Program-made: the position numbers and the translations under genes
The notes under the pieces: generated by a model
The model's database searches: none
Told to the model about the DNA's origin: nothing
The model's input: the letters and a program-made list of their open reading frames with translations, nothing else
From: an uncultured SAR86 cluster bacterium
GTDB lineage: Bacteria > Pseudomonadota > Gammaproteobacteria > Magnimaribacterales > AG-339-G14
NCBI GenBank assembly: GCA_902566955.1
Contig: CACFKX010000002.1
Span: 15,706-79,705 of the forward strand
DNA: 64,000 nucleotides
Direction of reading: 5' to 3'
Shown here: positions 32,345 through 41,940 of the stretch, piece by piece
How positions within the stretch are numbered: the first letter of the stretch is position 1
How the letters are laid out: each line of letters begins with the position of its first letter

Positions 32345-33301
32345 TTATAAAAACATTTCACTGATTGATTCTTCTCTATTCACTCTTGTTATAGCGCCTG
32401 CTAATGTTGAATCCATAGAGACAACCTTTATTTTCTTACAATTTTCAGCCTCTTTTGAGAGCGGAATTGTATCAGTTACTATCAATGAGTCTAGCTTTGA
32501 TTTGGATATTTTTTCAATTGCAGAACCAGAAAGAACTGGGTGAGAAATATAAGCATAAACTTTTTGAGCGCCTTGTTTTTTCAATGCATCGGCAGCATTG
32601 CAGAGAGTTCCTGCTGTATCAATTATGTCATCGATAATAATGCATGTTTTTTTCTTAACGTCCCCAATAACATTCATAACTTCAGATTCATTCGCCTTTT
32701 CTCTTCTTTTATCAATGATAGCTAAATCAGTATCCCCCATATATTTTGCTAGTGCTCTTGCTCTTACAACACCACCTACATCAGGAGAAACTACAATTTG
32801 GTTTGGATATCTTGATCTGTTTATATGATTTAAGAATGCTTTTGTAACGTAGATATTATCCACAGGTATATTGAAGAAACCCTGTATTTGGTCAGAGTGT
32901 AAATCCAGAGTCATGATTCTATTTGCGCCAGCGATCTGAAGAATTTCAGCAACTAGTTTTGCTGAAATAGGCACTCTTTCAGATCTAACTCTTCGATCCT
33001 GTCTGGCATAACCAAAATAGGGAATCACTGCGGTAATTCTGGAAGCAGATGCTCTCCTTAAAGCATCTATCATAATTGATAACTCCATGAGATTTTCATT
33101 TGCAGGAGAACAAGTTGATTGGATTATGAATACATCCTTTCCTCTGACATTAACGTTTATCCTTACATCTGACTCACCATCGCTGAATCTCTCAACTTCA
33201 GCTTTTCCTAGATTTTTACCAAGTTTTTTAGCAATTTTTCCAGCTAACACATTGTTAGCATTACCTGAAAATAAAATAAGATTTTTAGCAGGCTTTAACA
33301 T
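32345..33301 (-). CDS. prs: Ribose-phosphate pyrophosphokinase
   Basis: 318 aa with [10 protein letters not shown] and the PRPP loop [11 protein letters not shown]. Confidence 0.96.
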   Translation of the reverse strand: MLKPAKNLILFSGNANNVLAGKIAKKLGKNLGKAEVERFSDGESDVRINVNVRGKDVFIIQSTCSPANENLMELSIMIDALRRASASRITAVIPYFGYARQDRRVRSERVPISAKLVAEILQIAGANRIMTLDLHSDQIQGFFNIPVDNIYVTKAFLNHINRSRYPNQIVVSPDVGGVVRARALAKYMGDTDLAIIDKRREKANESEVMNVIGDVKKKTCIIIDDIIDTAGTLCNAADALKKQGAQKVYAYISHPVLSGSAIEKISKSKLDSLIVTDTIPLSKEAENCKKIKVVSMDSTLAGAITRVNREESISEMFL

Positions 33302-33307
33302 TTTATC

Positions 33308-33382
33308 TGGCTGGGGTGGTAGGATTCGAACCTACGCATGGCGGCATCAAAAGCCGCTGCCTTACCGCTTGGCCACACCCCA
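33308..33382 (-). tRNA. tRNA-Gln (anticodon TTG)
   Basis: The reverse complement is TGGGGTGTGGCCAAGCGGTAAGGCAGCGGCTTTTGATGCCGCCATGCGTAGGTTCGAATCCTACCACCCCAGCCA, close to E. coli tRNA-Gln. It fills the ispE-prs gap. Confidence 0.93.
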
Positions 33383-34183
33383 TTATTTATTAAGTTCATC
33401 ATATATCGGAGACTTGTCTAAACTTCTTGTCACAAAAAACTTACAGTTAGTCGGAACTTTCGTTGCAATTGTATACGCCTCTTCTGAAGAATTAAAATTT
33501 AAATACATTGAAGAGCCAGTTCCAGATAATTCTACAGTTCCATATTGAGACATGAGGTTAAAAATTTCATTTATTTCTGGATATACTTTTCTTGCAAAGT
33601 ACTCAAAATCATTTTTTAAATGTTTTGGAAAATCTGTCTTATTTTCTTCATAAAACTTGAATGCATCAGCCGTGGATATTTTTATATCTGGATAGATAAT
33701 TAAATAATAGTTTGTCTCTATTTCAATAGTTTCAAGTAATTCGCCTCTTCCTTTAGCAACAGAATTTTCTCCTTTTATGAAGAAAGGAACATCGCTTCCT
33801 AGACTAAGTCCAATTTTTAATAACTTACTATCTGGTAAATTTAATTTAAAAAGTTTATTTAGAACGATCAATGTAGAGGCACAATTTGAACTTCCACCCC
33901 CTAAGCCTGCACCAATTGGTATATTTTTCTGTACTTTAAATGAGAAATCAGATTTTTCATGACATAAGCTTTTCATCAAAAAATAAGCTTTCGTAATTAG
34001 ATTATCTTCAGTTTTAATCTCATCATTATTGATATTAAGTTGGAAATTTTTACTTTCTTTTATTTCAAGATAATCATACAAAGATATTAATCTGAACTCA
34101 GTTTCAAGATCATGATAGCCATCAGGTCTCTTAGAATTTATTTTTAGACCAATGTTTAGCTTCGCTGGACAGGAAATTTTCAT
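33383..34183 (-). CDS. ispE: 4-diphosphocytidyl-2-C-methyl-D-erythritol kinase
   Basis: 266 aa, GHMP kinase with KINIGLKI, IPIGAGLGGGSSNCAS. The lolB-ispE-prs synteny is conserved. Confidence 0.9.
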   Translation of the reverse strand: MKISCPAKLNIGLKINSKRPDGYHDLETEFRLISLYDYLEIKESKNFQLNINNDEIKTEDNLITKAYFLMKSLCHEKSDFSFKVQKNIPIGAGLGGGSSNCASTLIVLNKLFKLNLPDSKLLKIGLSLGSDVPFFIKGENSVAKGRGELLETIEIETNYYLIIYPDIKISTADAFKFYEENKTDFPKHLKNDFEYFARKVYPEINEIFNLMSQYGTVELSGTGSSMYLNFNSSEEAYTIATKVPTNCKFFVTRSLDKSPIYDELNK

Positions 34184-34695
34184 TTATTTATCAAAATCTT
34201 AAGTTTATAAAATGGATTAGTTGCAACTAATTTATCCGTATCTTCTTGAGCGTCGGATATTTTTTCAACAAGGATAGAATCTTCTATTATTTTTAGGAGT
34301 TTGCAGTCTCCAGATAAGCAATCTCTATAGTACCAATCCACTACAGAATAAAGTGTAAAAATTAATTTATCATTCTTTTGAATTATTTCTTCTGCTTTGC
34401 TTCTGAAAGAATTATTGACTAGTAATTGATATGTATTTTTATTTTTGAACTCAATGCTGAATTTTGGATAGAACCTACTACTTTTAAAATTTATTATTAA
34501 TTTTTCTTTTTGTTTTAAAAAACTGACTTTTCCGTTTAGGAAAGATTCACTTGTTGTAAATGAAAAACTTGCATCTAAAAAATCTCTATCATTTTTTGAA
34601 GTAATTAAGTCATCTTTAACTGTTGCACAAGATGAAAGATAGGATACTAAAATAAAAATAAGTAGAATTGACCACAGGATTGAATTTTTATTCAT
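34180..34695 (-). CDS. lolB: Outer-membrane lipoprotein LolB (lipoprotein insertase)
   Basis: 171 aa with a signal peptide and lipobox (LSSC). The canonical position is upstream of ispE. Sequence similarity itself is weak. Confidence 0.7.
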   Translation of the reverse strand: MNKNSILWSILLIFILVSYLSSCATVKDDLITSKNDRDFLDASFSFTTSESFLNGKVSFLKQKEKLIINFKSSRFYPKFSIEFKNKNTYQLLVNNSFRSKAEEIIQKNDKLIFTLYSVVDWYYRDCLSGDCKLLKIIEDSILVEKISDAQEDTDKLVATNPFYKLKILINK

Positions 34696-34713
34696 CTTTT
34701 AAAAATTTTATAA

Positions 34714-35805
34714 ATGTTAGATTCGATAAAAACAAGATTAACTGAGATTAAGGATAATTTCTCTGATATTCAGACCAAATTGAGCATGCCAGATGTAATA
34801 AATGATCAAAAGCAGTATGCATCTTTATCGAAAGAATATTCCAATTTAAAACCTATTGTAGAAAAATTCGAAGAGTACATTCAGTGCGAAAGCAATATTT
34901 CAAGTGCTGAAGAAGTCCTTAATGAATCTGATATAGATTTAGCGGAGTTAGCAAAAGAGGAAATTAAAGAAAATAACGAAAGAATTTCTGAGATTGAAAT
35001 AGAGCTGAAGAATCTTCTTATACCTGTTGATGAGAATGATGATAAAAATGTTTTTGTTGAAGTTAGAGCCGGAACCGGTGGCGATGAGGCAGCACTTTTT
35101 GTTGGAGACCTTTATAGAATGTATCTAAGGCTAGCAGAAAGAAATAGATGGAAGAGTGACCTTATTTCGTCAAGAGAAAGCGAGCAAGGTGGATTTAAAG
35201 AAGTTGTAATAAAAATTTCTGGAGAGAATGTTTATAAAAAATTGAAGTTTGAATCTGGGATACATCGTGTCCAAAGAGTTCCTTCAACTGAATCACAAGG
35301 TAGAATTCATACCTCGGCATGCTCGGTAGCTGTTCTTGCAGAAATAGAAGATGTTGAAGAAGTCGAGATAGATAAGTCTGAAATCAGAACTGACACTTTT
35401 CGTGCCTCTGGTGCAGGAGGACAGCATGTTAATAAGACAGATTCAGCTGTGAGGTTAACCCACATTCCGACCGGAATAGTCGTTGAGTGCCAGGATGATA
35501 GGTCTCAACATAAGAATAAAGCAAAAGCACTGACTTTGCTTGGTGCAAAGCTCAAAGCAATGGCAGAACAAGAACTGACTCAAGAGCAAGCTGAAAAAAG
35601 AAAAAATATGGTTGGGTCAGGAGATCGATCTGAAAAAATTAGAACATATAATTTTCCTCAAAGTAGAATCACTGATCATAGAATTGAATTTTCGGTTCAT
35701 AATTTGGATGGTTTCCTAGATGGTGAAATGGAAATCATGATCTCAACGTTATTGGAAGAAAATCAAGCTAGATTATTATCAAACCTTGAAAAAACATTCT
35801 CGTGA
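34714..35805 (+). CDS. prfA: Peptide chain release factor 1
   Basis: 363 aa with the PST-type tripeptide region ([17 protein letters not shown]) and GGQ ([11 protein letters not shown]). Confidence 0.97.
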   Translation: MLDSIKTRLTEIKDNFSDIQTKLSMPDVINDQKQYASLSKEYSNLKPIVEKFEEYIQCESNISSAEEVLNESDIDLAELAKEEIKENNERISEIEIELKNLLIPVDENDDKNVFVEVRAGTGGDEAALFVGDLYRMYLRLAERNRWKSDLISSRESEQGGFKEVVIKISGENVYKKLKFESGIHRVQRVPSTESQGRIHTSACSVAVLAEIEDVEEVEIDKSEIRTDTFRASGAGGQHVNKTDSAVRLTHIPTGIVVECQDDRSQHKNKAKALTLLGAKLKAMAEQELTQEQAEKRKNMVGSGDRSEKIRTYNFPQSRITDHRIEFSVHNLDGFLDGEMEIMISTLLEENQARLLSNLEKTFS

Positions 35806-36608
35806 CGAATCTTCGAAAGTTATTTTCAATTTCTAACCTACCAACATTAGATAAGGAACTGATTTTGTGTCACATCCTCAAAATTGAAAGAGTTGATCTT
35901 TATAAAAAGTCTGATATCGAAATTCAAGCTAAAACAAACAAAGCCTTTATCGACCTTGTAAAGAAGAGAGAAGAAGGTTTTCCTTTGGCATACATAACAG
36001 GCATAAAACCTTTCTGGGATGATGAATTTCAGGTTAATGAAAGCACGTTAATCCCAAGACCAGAGTCAGAATTATTAGTAGAAACAGCCATCTCTTTTGA
36101 TTTAGAGAATTGTTCACTTCTTGAGCTTGGAACAGGCTCTGGAGCTATAGGTATGTCTATAGCTAAAGAAAAGCCTTTTTGGACTTGTACCTTAACAGAT
36201 AAAAGTTTTGAAGCTTTATCTGTTGCGAGAGAAAACATGAAAGCTCTAAATCTAAAAAACTCTGTTCTAATTCAGCATGATTGGCATAAAAGATGGCTTT
36301 TTGAGCCAATGGATTTGATAATTTCTAATCCACCATATATTTATCGTAATGATTTAGATGGTGATGAGGATGGAATTTGGTTTGAGCCACCATTAGCACT
36401 TTTTTCTGAGAAAAAGGGACTGGCTGACATTAGTACAATCGTAAAAAATAGTGTTACTTTCTTAAAAGAAAATGGGAAGTTGCTTTTAGAACATGGATTT
36501 GATCAGAAGGATCCTATTAATAAAATGGCAAATCAAAATGACTACAGTGATGTTTCTTTTTTAAAAGATTTGAATGGAAAATGGAGAGTAGCGTGTCTAA
36601 CCAAGTGA
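35802..36608 (+). CDS. prmC: Release-factor glutamine N5-methyltransferase
   Basis: 268 aa with the SAM motif [11 protein letters not shown] and the catalytic NPPY (IISNPPYIY). The GTG start overlaps the prfA TGA. Confidence 0.9.
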   Translation: MTNLRKLFSISNLPTLDKELILCHILKIERVDLYKKSDIEIQAKTNKAFIDLVKKREEGFPLAYITGIKPFWDDEFQVNESTLIPRPESELLVETAISFDLENCSLLELGTGSGAIGMSIAKEKPFWTCTLTDKSFEALSVARENMKALNLKNSVLIQHDWHKRWLFEPMDLIISNPPYIYRNDLDGDEDGIWFEPPLALFSEKKGLADISTIVKNSVTFLKENGKLLLEHGFDQKDPINKMANQNDYSDVSFLKDLNGKWRVACLTK

Positions 36609-37351
36609 ACTTTAGTGAAAAAGAGCTGATGAAATACAGCAGAAACATCATGCTTACTGACATAGGGGTTGAGGGACAAAAGCTACTAAAAAATTCTACT
36701 GTCACTATTATTGGGGTTGGTGGTTTGGGATGCGCCTGCTCGCAGTATCTGGTTGCAAGTGGAATTGGAAACTTAAACCTCTTTGATCCTGATCAAGTTG
36801 ATCTAAGTAACTTACAAAGGCAAATTTTATTTCGTGAAGAGGACTTAAATTCTTTTAAAGTCGATGCTGCAGTTACATCTTTACTGAGACTTAATCCAGA
36901 TGTGAATATAAAAAAATTCAGACAAAGTTTTGAAAAAAATAGTGTTCCAGATGAAATAACAAAGAGCGAAATTGTTATAGATTGTTCTGATAATTTTGAA
37001 ACAAGAAGGTATACAAATAATTATTGTTATAAAAATAAAATACCCTTAATTTCAGGTTCATGCATTCAGTGGAAAGGGCAGCTTATGAAATTTGATTTCC
37101 AAAATGATAGTGCATGTTATGAATGCTTATTCGAAGATACATCTTCGGAAGACTTAAGCTGCACAGAATCAGCAATATTTTCTCCAATAGTAGGGATAAT
37201 TGGGTCAATGTTAGCTTCAGAATCAATAAAAACAATTACTAAGGTATCCAAGAACTGCCAAATTTTCCAAGATTATGATTTCAAAGATAATTTAAGCAGG
37301 GAAATATCTTTTAAAAAAAATAACCAATGTAAAATTTGTGGTAAGTGTTAA
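36581..37351 (+). CDS. moeB: MoeB/ThiF-family adenylyltransferase (molybdopterin-synthase type)
   Basis: YSRNIMLTDIGVEGQKLLKNSTVTIIGVGGLGCACSQYL, SNLQRQ and two CxxC pairs (CYEC, CKIC) align with E. coli MoeB. The start is either ATG 36581 or GTG 36605 (GTGA overlap with the prmC stop). Confidence 0.8.
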   Translation: MESSVSNQVNFSEKELMKYSRNIMLTDIGVEGQKLLKNSTVTIIGVGGLGCACSQYLVASGIGNLNLFDPDQVDLSNLQRQILFREEDLNSFKVDAAVTSLLRLNPDVNIKKFRQSFEKNSVPDEITKSEIVIDCSDNFETRRYTNNYCYKNKIPLISGSCIQWKGQLMKFDFQNDSACYECLFEDTSSEDLSCTESAIFSPIVGIIGSMLASESIKTITKVSKNCQIFQDYDFKDNLSREISFKKNNQCKICGKC

Positions 37352-38409
37352 TGATGAAAATCAGAGGTTTCATAGAAGGTTTTTATAATAGAAAGTCAAA
37401 AAAGAACGATTATGGTTTTGAGAATAGTAATATTACCCATTACATTTATGCGCCAAAAGAAGATTCTTACATCAGACAAAAATGGCGAATAAAAGATAAA
37501 TCTCTTGAAGTACGAGGCATTCCCAAAAATATAGCTCAAGTATATACATTATCTCCAGGAGCAGACTTTAATAGAAAATCTAAGAAGGACTTTAACTTTC
37601 TGCTTTCAAAGTTTAATTTTGCCATTGATAAAGGATTTTCCGAGGTAGGTTTATTGTTTGATGATATTGATATAAATAACATTGGAATAGAATCTGATGA
37701 TAAGGATTTAGGAAAATTTCACGGCGAATTAATTTCAGAGGTAACTACTAAGTTGGGTCTTAGTAATGGATGGTTTTGTCCATCTATTTATTGCGAAAGC
37801 TTTTCTAAAAAAGGAATTCAAAATGATAAGTATCTCGAAGGAGTATCAGAAACCATAAATAATGATTTATTTTTTCTTTGGACGGGTCCAAAAGTAATTA
37901 GCGATTTTATTTCTCAAGACCACCTCAAAGAGCTAGGTCAAGTAATAAAGAATCCTGTGGTCATTTGGGATAATTTTTATGCAAACGATTATTGTCCTAC
38001 AAGGCTTTTTTTAGGCGATATTACGGGCAGGGATTTTTTTAGAGGTAATCCTTATGGGCACGTTATTAATGGCACCGGCCACATAAACACTGATGAATTT
38101 TTAATAGGTAAAGTTTTTGATAAGAAAAAAAAGATAAATTTACCCAGTGAACTACTGCCTTTGTTTGATAGTCCATTCAAAAATATCAAGAAATCTGAAA
38201 TCAATAGAATGATTAGAAATTTTAAAGATATTAAGAAAGCAGTTTTTGAGACTACAGATGATAATTTGTTTTTGGAATGGAAACCTTATTTAGTGCAAGC
38301 CTTAAACGATATAGAGCTAATAAAAAATTTTAAATCTAAGCAGACTATTGAAACTTACTTACATCGAAGATATTCTCCATTAGTAAGTCAGACTTTCAAT
38401 AAATATTAA
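37351..38409 (+). CDS. GH84-family glycoside hydrolase (O-GlcNAcase / beta-N-acetylglucosaminidase-like), no signal peptide
   Basis: The motifs GFIEGFYNR, YIYAPKED, LSPG, LLFDDID, FCPSIYC, LWTGPKVIS, VIWDNFYANDY and RLFLG are collinear with the human OGA and bacterial GH84 catalytic domain. The ATG at 37351 overlaps the moeB TAA (the track start GTG 37345 is less likely). Confidence 0.7.
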   Translation: MMKIRGFIEGFYNRKSKKNDYGFENSNITHYIYAPKEDSYIRQKWRIKDKSLEVRGIPKNIAQVYTLSPGADFNRKSKKDFNFLLSKFNFAIDKGFSEVGLLFDDIDINNIGIESDDKDLGKFHGELISEVTTKLGLSNGWFCPSIYCESFSKKGIQNDKYLEGVSETINNDLFFLWTGPKVISDFISQDHLKELGQVIKNPVVIWDNFYANDYCPTRLFLGDITGRDFFRGNPYGHVINGTGHINTDEFLIGKVFDKKKKINLPSELLPLFDSPFKNIKKSEINRMIRNFKDIKKAVFETTDDNLFLEWKPYLVQALNDIELIKNFKSKQTIETYLHRRYSPLVSQTFNKY

Positions 38410-38424
38410 TCAAAAGAGGTAATT

Positions 38425-40050
38425 ATGCTGGGTAATATGATGACTGAACCTTTGCTCATCTCAGGAATTCTTGAGCATGCAATTCAAAATAATTCTAAAA
38501 CTGAAATAGTAAGCAAGAGAGTTGAAGGAGACATTCATAGATATTCTATTTTAGATGCTGCAAAAAGATCAAAGCAGCTTGCCAATGCTTTAGTTAACTT
38601 AGGAGTTAAAGAAGGCGACGTTCTCGGCACAATGGCTGTCAATGGCTACCGACATTTTGAACTTTATTTTGGAATCTCTGGGATTGGAGCAGTATTGCAT
38701 ACTTTAAACCCCAGGCTTTTTCCAGAGCAGATAGATTTCATTGTTAATCATGCTGAAGACAAGTATCTTTTTATTGATCTTCCTTTTATACCAATAATTG
38801 AGGCAGTTGCTAAAAATTTAAAAAATGTGAAAGGCTTCATTGTTTTATGTGATAAAGAAAACCTTCCTAAAGATTCAAAGCTAGAAAATTTGATGTGTTA
38901 CGAAGAATTAATTAAAGATGAAAGTGAAGAGTTTGATTGGCCAACTTTTGACGAAAACACAGCATCTTCTTTGTGTTATACGTCTGGCACAACAGGAAAT
39001 CCAAAAGGAGTTCTTTATTCTCATAGATCTACAATACTTCATGCTTGGTACTCAAGTGCAGGAAATGCAATGAATCTAACTTCAAAAAGTGTGGTCCTCC
39101 CAGTGGTTCCTATGTTTCACGTTAATGCCTGGGGAGTTCCTTATGCAGCTAGTATGCTTGGGTGTAAATTAGTATTTCCTGGTCCTTTCACTGATGGAGA
39201 GTCTATTTACAACTTGATTAACGATGAAGGAGTAAATAATTTGCTTGGTGTTCCCACAGTATGGCTCGGATTACTAAATTATTTAGATGAAAAGGATATT
39301 ACCCTAAAAAATGTAAATTCAGTATTGGTAGGTGGATCTGCCGCTCCTAAGTCGATGATAAAAGACTTCCAAGAAAAACATAACGTTTTTCTTTTGCATG
39401 GGTGGGGAATGACTGAAATGAGTCCTCTAGGGACATTAAATCAAGATACAGCAGAGATGGATTTAATGGAGTTAGATGATCGTTATGAGCTTCAAACCAG
39501 TCAAGGAAGAGCAATATATGGATGCCAAATTAAAATTGTAAATGATGAAGGAAATACTTTACCTAACGATGGGAAAACTTTTGGCAGGTTAATGGTTAAA
39601 GGACCAGCAATAATTGAAAGATATTACAAGTCATCAGAAAGTGCTTTAGAAAATGGTTGGTTTGATACTGGAGATGTATCAACTATTTCGCCAGATGGAT
39701 ACATGAGGATAGTAGATAGGAGTAAGGATGTAATCAAGTCTGGAGGTGAGTGGATAAGTTCTATTGACCTAGAAAATACTGCCCTCGGATGCCCTGGAGT
39801 TTTAGAAGCATGTGTCGTTGGAGTTGCTCATGAAAAATGGGATGAGAGACCTCTACTGTTTGTTGTTAAAAATTCTGACGAATGTACAAAAGAATCTGTT
39901 TTGGAGTATCTTTCTGATAAAGTTGCAAAGTGGTGGTTGCCTGATGATGTGATCTTCATTGATGAGTTACCTCACGGAGCAACCGGAAAACTATTAAAAA
40001 CAGGTTTAAGAGAAGATTATAAAAATCATTTAATTACGAAAGGAGATTGA
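38425..40050 (+). CDS. AMP-forming acyl-CoA synthetase (medium/long-chain fatty-acid--CoA ligase type)
   Basis: 541 aa with the AMP-binding motif [26 protein letters not shown] and the terminal ...GKLLK. A GAGG-like RBS lies upstream. Confidence 0.88.
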   Translation: MLGNMMTEPLLISGILEHAIQNNSKTEIVSKRVEGDIHRYSILDAAKRSKQLANALVNLGVKEGDVLGTMAVNGYRHFELYFGISGIGAVLHTLNPRLFPEQIDFIVNHAEDKYLFIDLPFIPIIEAVAKNLKNVKGFIVLCDKENLPKDSKLENLMCYEELIKDESEEFDWPTFDENTASSLCYTSGTTGNPKGVLYSHRSTILHAWYSSAGNAMNLTSKSVVLPVVPMFHVNAWGVPYAASMLGCKLVFPGPFTDGESIYNLINDEGVNNLLGVPTVWLGLLNYLDEKDITLKNVNSVLVGGSAAPKSMIKDFQEKHNVFLLHGWGMTEMSPLGTLNQDTAEMDLMELDDRYELQTSQGRAIYGCQIKIVNDEGNTLPNDGKTFGRLMVKGPAIIERYYKSSESALENGWFDTGDVSTISPDGYMRIVDRSKDVIKSGGEWISSIDLENTALGCPGVLEACVVGVAHEKWDERPLLFVVKNSDECTKESVLEYLSDKVAKWWLPDDVIFIDELPHGATGKLLKTGLREDYKNHLITKGD

Positions 40051-40051
40051 A

Positions 40052-40504
40052 ATGGCGGGATTAGTACCAGCAGATACTTTAAAAGATTACATAGGAAAAG
40101 ATATGGGTACATCAGATTGGTTGGAAATTGATCAAGAAAGAATAAATCAATTTGCTGATGTAACGTTAGATCATCAATTCATTCATGTCGATGAAGAAAA
40201 GGCAACACCATTATTCGGTTCCACTATTGCTCATGGTTTTCTTTCATTATCTTTGATGGCTGGAATGCCTGCTCCTCAAGTAGCTCCAGATAATATGAAA
40301 ATGGCTTTTAATTATGGTTTAGATAAGGTTAGATTTCTAACTCCTGTAAATGTTGGCTCAAAAGTTCGAACAAAAGCTACTTTGTTATCTGTAGATGATA
40401 AAGGAGATGGAAGGTATCTAGTTAAAAATGAAATAAAAATGGAAATTGAAGGGCAAGAAAAACCAGCATATGTAGCTGAAGCTCTTACTATGTATGTGAC
40501 TTAG
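40052..40504 (+). CDS. MaoC-like (R)-specific enoyl-CoA hydratase / hot-dog fold protein
   Basis: 150 aa. FADVTLDHQFIHVDEEKA...TIAHGFLSLSL is the MaoC dehydratase signature. It starts 1 nt after the acyl-CoA ligase stop. Confidence 0.8.
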   Translation: MAGLVPADTLKDYIGKDMGTSDWLEIDQERINQFADVTLDHQFIHVDEEKATPLFGSTIAHGFLSLSLMAGMPAPQVAPDNMKMAFNYGLDKVRFLTPVNVGSKVRTKATLLSVDDKGDGRYLVKNEIKMEIEGQEKPAYVAEALTMYVT

Positions 40505-41940
40505 ACTAATTTCTTTTTTAGAATCTCATTTACCAGCTTAGGATTGGCCTTGCCTTTGGATTCTTTCATTACCTGGCCCACAAAGAATCCGAATAAACGA
40601 TCTTTTCCTGAAAGAAACTGCTCTTTTTGATCAGGGTTATTATTTATAACTTTTTCTATTATCTCTTCAATCTCGTTGTCGTCTGATATTTGCTCTAAAC
40701 CCAGGTCTTGAATGCTTTTGGAAACCGATAAATCTGGATTTTCCCATATATTTTCTAGAACCTTTTTCGTAGCTTGCCCAGAGATTTTTTCTTCTTTGAG
40801 ATAAGTCAGTAGTTCGGCGAATTTGATCGCATCAACTTTTGAGTCGTTAGCTTCTGCGTCAAATTTATTTAATATGGCTGAAAAGTCTCCTAATATCCAA
40901 TTGGCCACGAGCTTAGGATCATCAATATTAACCAAGGTTTTTTCAAAGTAATCTGCAAGTTCTAGATCATATGTAAGATTCCTCGCATCATATTCTGATA
41001 GACCTAATTCATTTATAAACCTTTCTTTTTTTTCATCAGGCAGTTCTGGCAATTCATTTTTGATCCGTTGGATTTGATCAGATGTTATTTGAATAGGGAT
41101 TATGTCTGGTTCAGGAAAATATCTATAGTCGTTAGCTTCCTCTTTCGATCTCATTGATCTAGTGGTGTTATTTATAGCATCATACAGCCTAGTCTCTTGA
41201 ACAATTTCTTCTCCTTTCTCCAAACAAGAAATTTGGCGTTTTATTTCAAAATTAATTGCTTTTTCGACAAATTTGAAAGAATTTATATTTTTAAGTTCTG
41301 TTCTTGTACCTAATTTTTTATCTCCTTTCTTCCTTATAGAGACATTTGCATCGCATCTCATTGAACCTTGAGACATATTTCCATCAGAAATTTCCAAAGC
41401 ACAAACTATAGAATGAATTTTTTTTAAGTAAGCAACCGCTTCATCAGAATTCGACATATCTGGCTCAGAGACAATTTCCAATAAAGGTGTGCCAGCTCTA
41501 TTAAGATCAATCGCAGTCTCATTTTCAAATAGATCATGTATCGACTTGCCCGCATCTTCTTCGAGATGAGCTCTTGTGATACCAATAGTTTTGATCTCTT
41601 GATCTCTTAGTTGAATTTCAATTGATCCTTTGCCAACTATTGGATCATCAAGTTGACTTATTTGATATCCTTTTGGTAAATCAGGATAAAAATAGTTTTT
41701 TCTAGCAAAGCCTACTTTCTCAGCAATCTCCGCATTGATAGCAACTCCAAACTTAATTGCCTTTTCAATGGCTTTTTCATTTAAAACTGGAAGAGTGCCA
41801 GGCATGCCAAGATCAACTTCGCATGCTTGAAGATTTTGATCAGATCCAAATTTAGTAGGAGCATTAGAAAATATTTTAGATTCTGAGTTCAACTGAACAT
41901 GAATTTCTAGTCCGATAACACTTTCCCAATTATTTGTCAT
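40501..41940 (-). CDS. gatB: Asp/Glu-tRNA amidotransferase subunit B
   Basis: 479 aa. WESVIGLEIHVQLN, RCDANVS and a C-terminal YqeY-like tail (GFFVGQVMKESKGKANP). Confidence 0.95.
   Translation of the reverse strand: MTNNWESVIGLEIHVQLNSESKIFSNAPTKFGSDQNLQACEVDLGMPGTLPVLNEKAIEKAIKFGVAINAEIAEKVGFARKNYFYPDLPKGYQISQLDDPIVGKGSIEIQLRDQEIKTIGITRAHLEEDAGKSIHDLFENETAIDLNRAGTPLLEIVSEPDMSNSDEAVAYLKKIHSIVCALEISDGNMSQGSMRCDANVSIRKKGDKKLGTRTELKNINSFKFVEKAINFEIKRQISCLEKGEEIVQETRLYDAINNTTRSMRSKEEANDYRYFPEPDIIPIQITSDQIQRIKNELPELPDEKKERFINELGLSEYDARNLTYDLELADYFEKTLVNIDDPKLVANWILGDFSAILNKFDAEANDSKVDAIKFAELLTYLKEEKISGQATKKVLENIWENPDLSVSKSIQDLGLEQISDDNEIEEIIEKVINNNPDQKEQFLSGKDRLFGFFVGQVMKESKGKANPKLVNEILKKKLV

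Noticed and set aside
33087-33548. A 153-aa plus-strand ORF spanning the prs start, the tRNA-Gln gene and the ispE 3' end.
   Set aside because: It runs antisense through two well-supported genes and a tRNA. I could recognise no motif in it.
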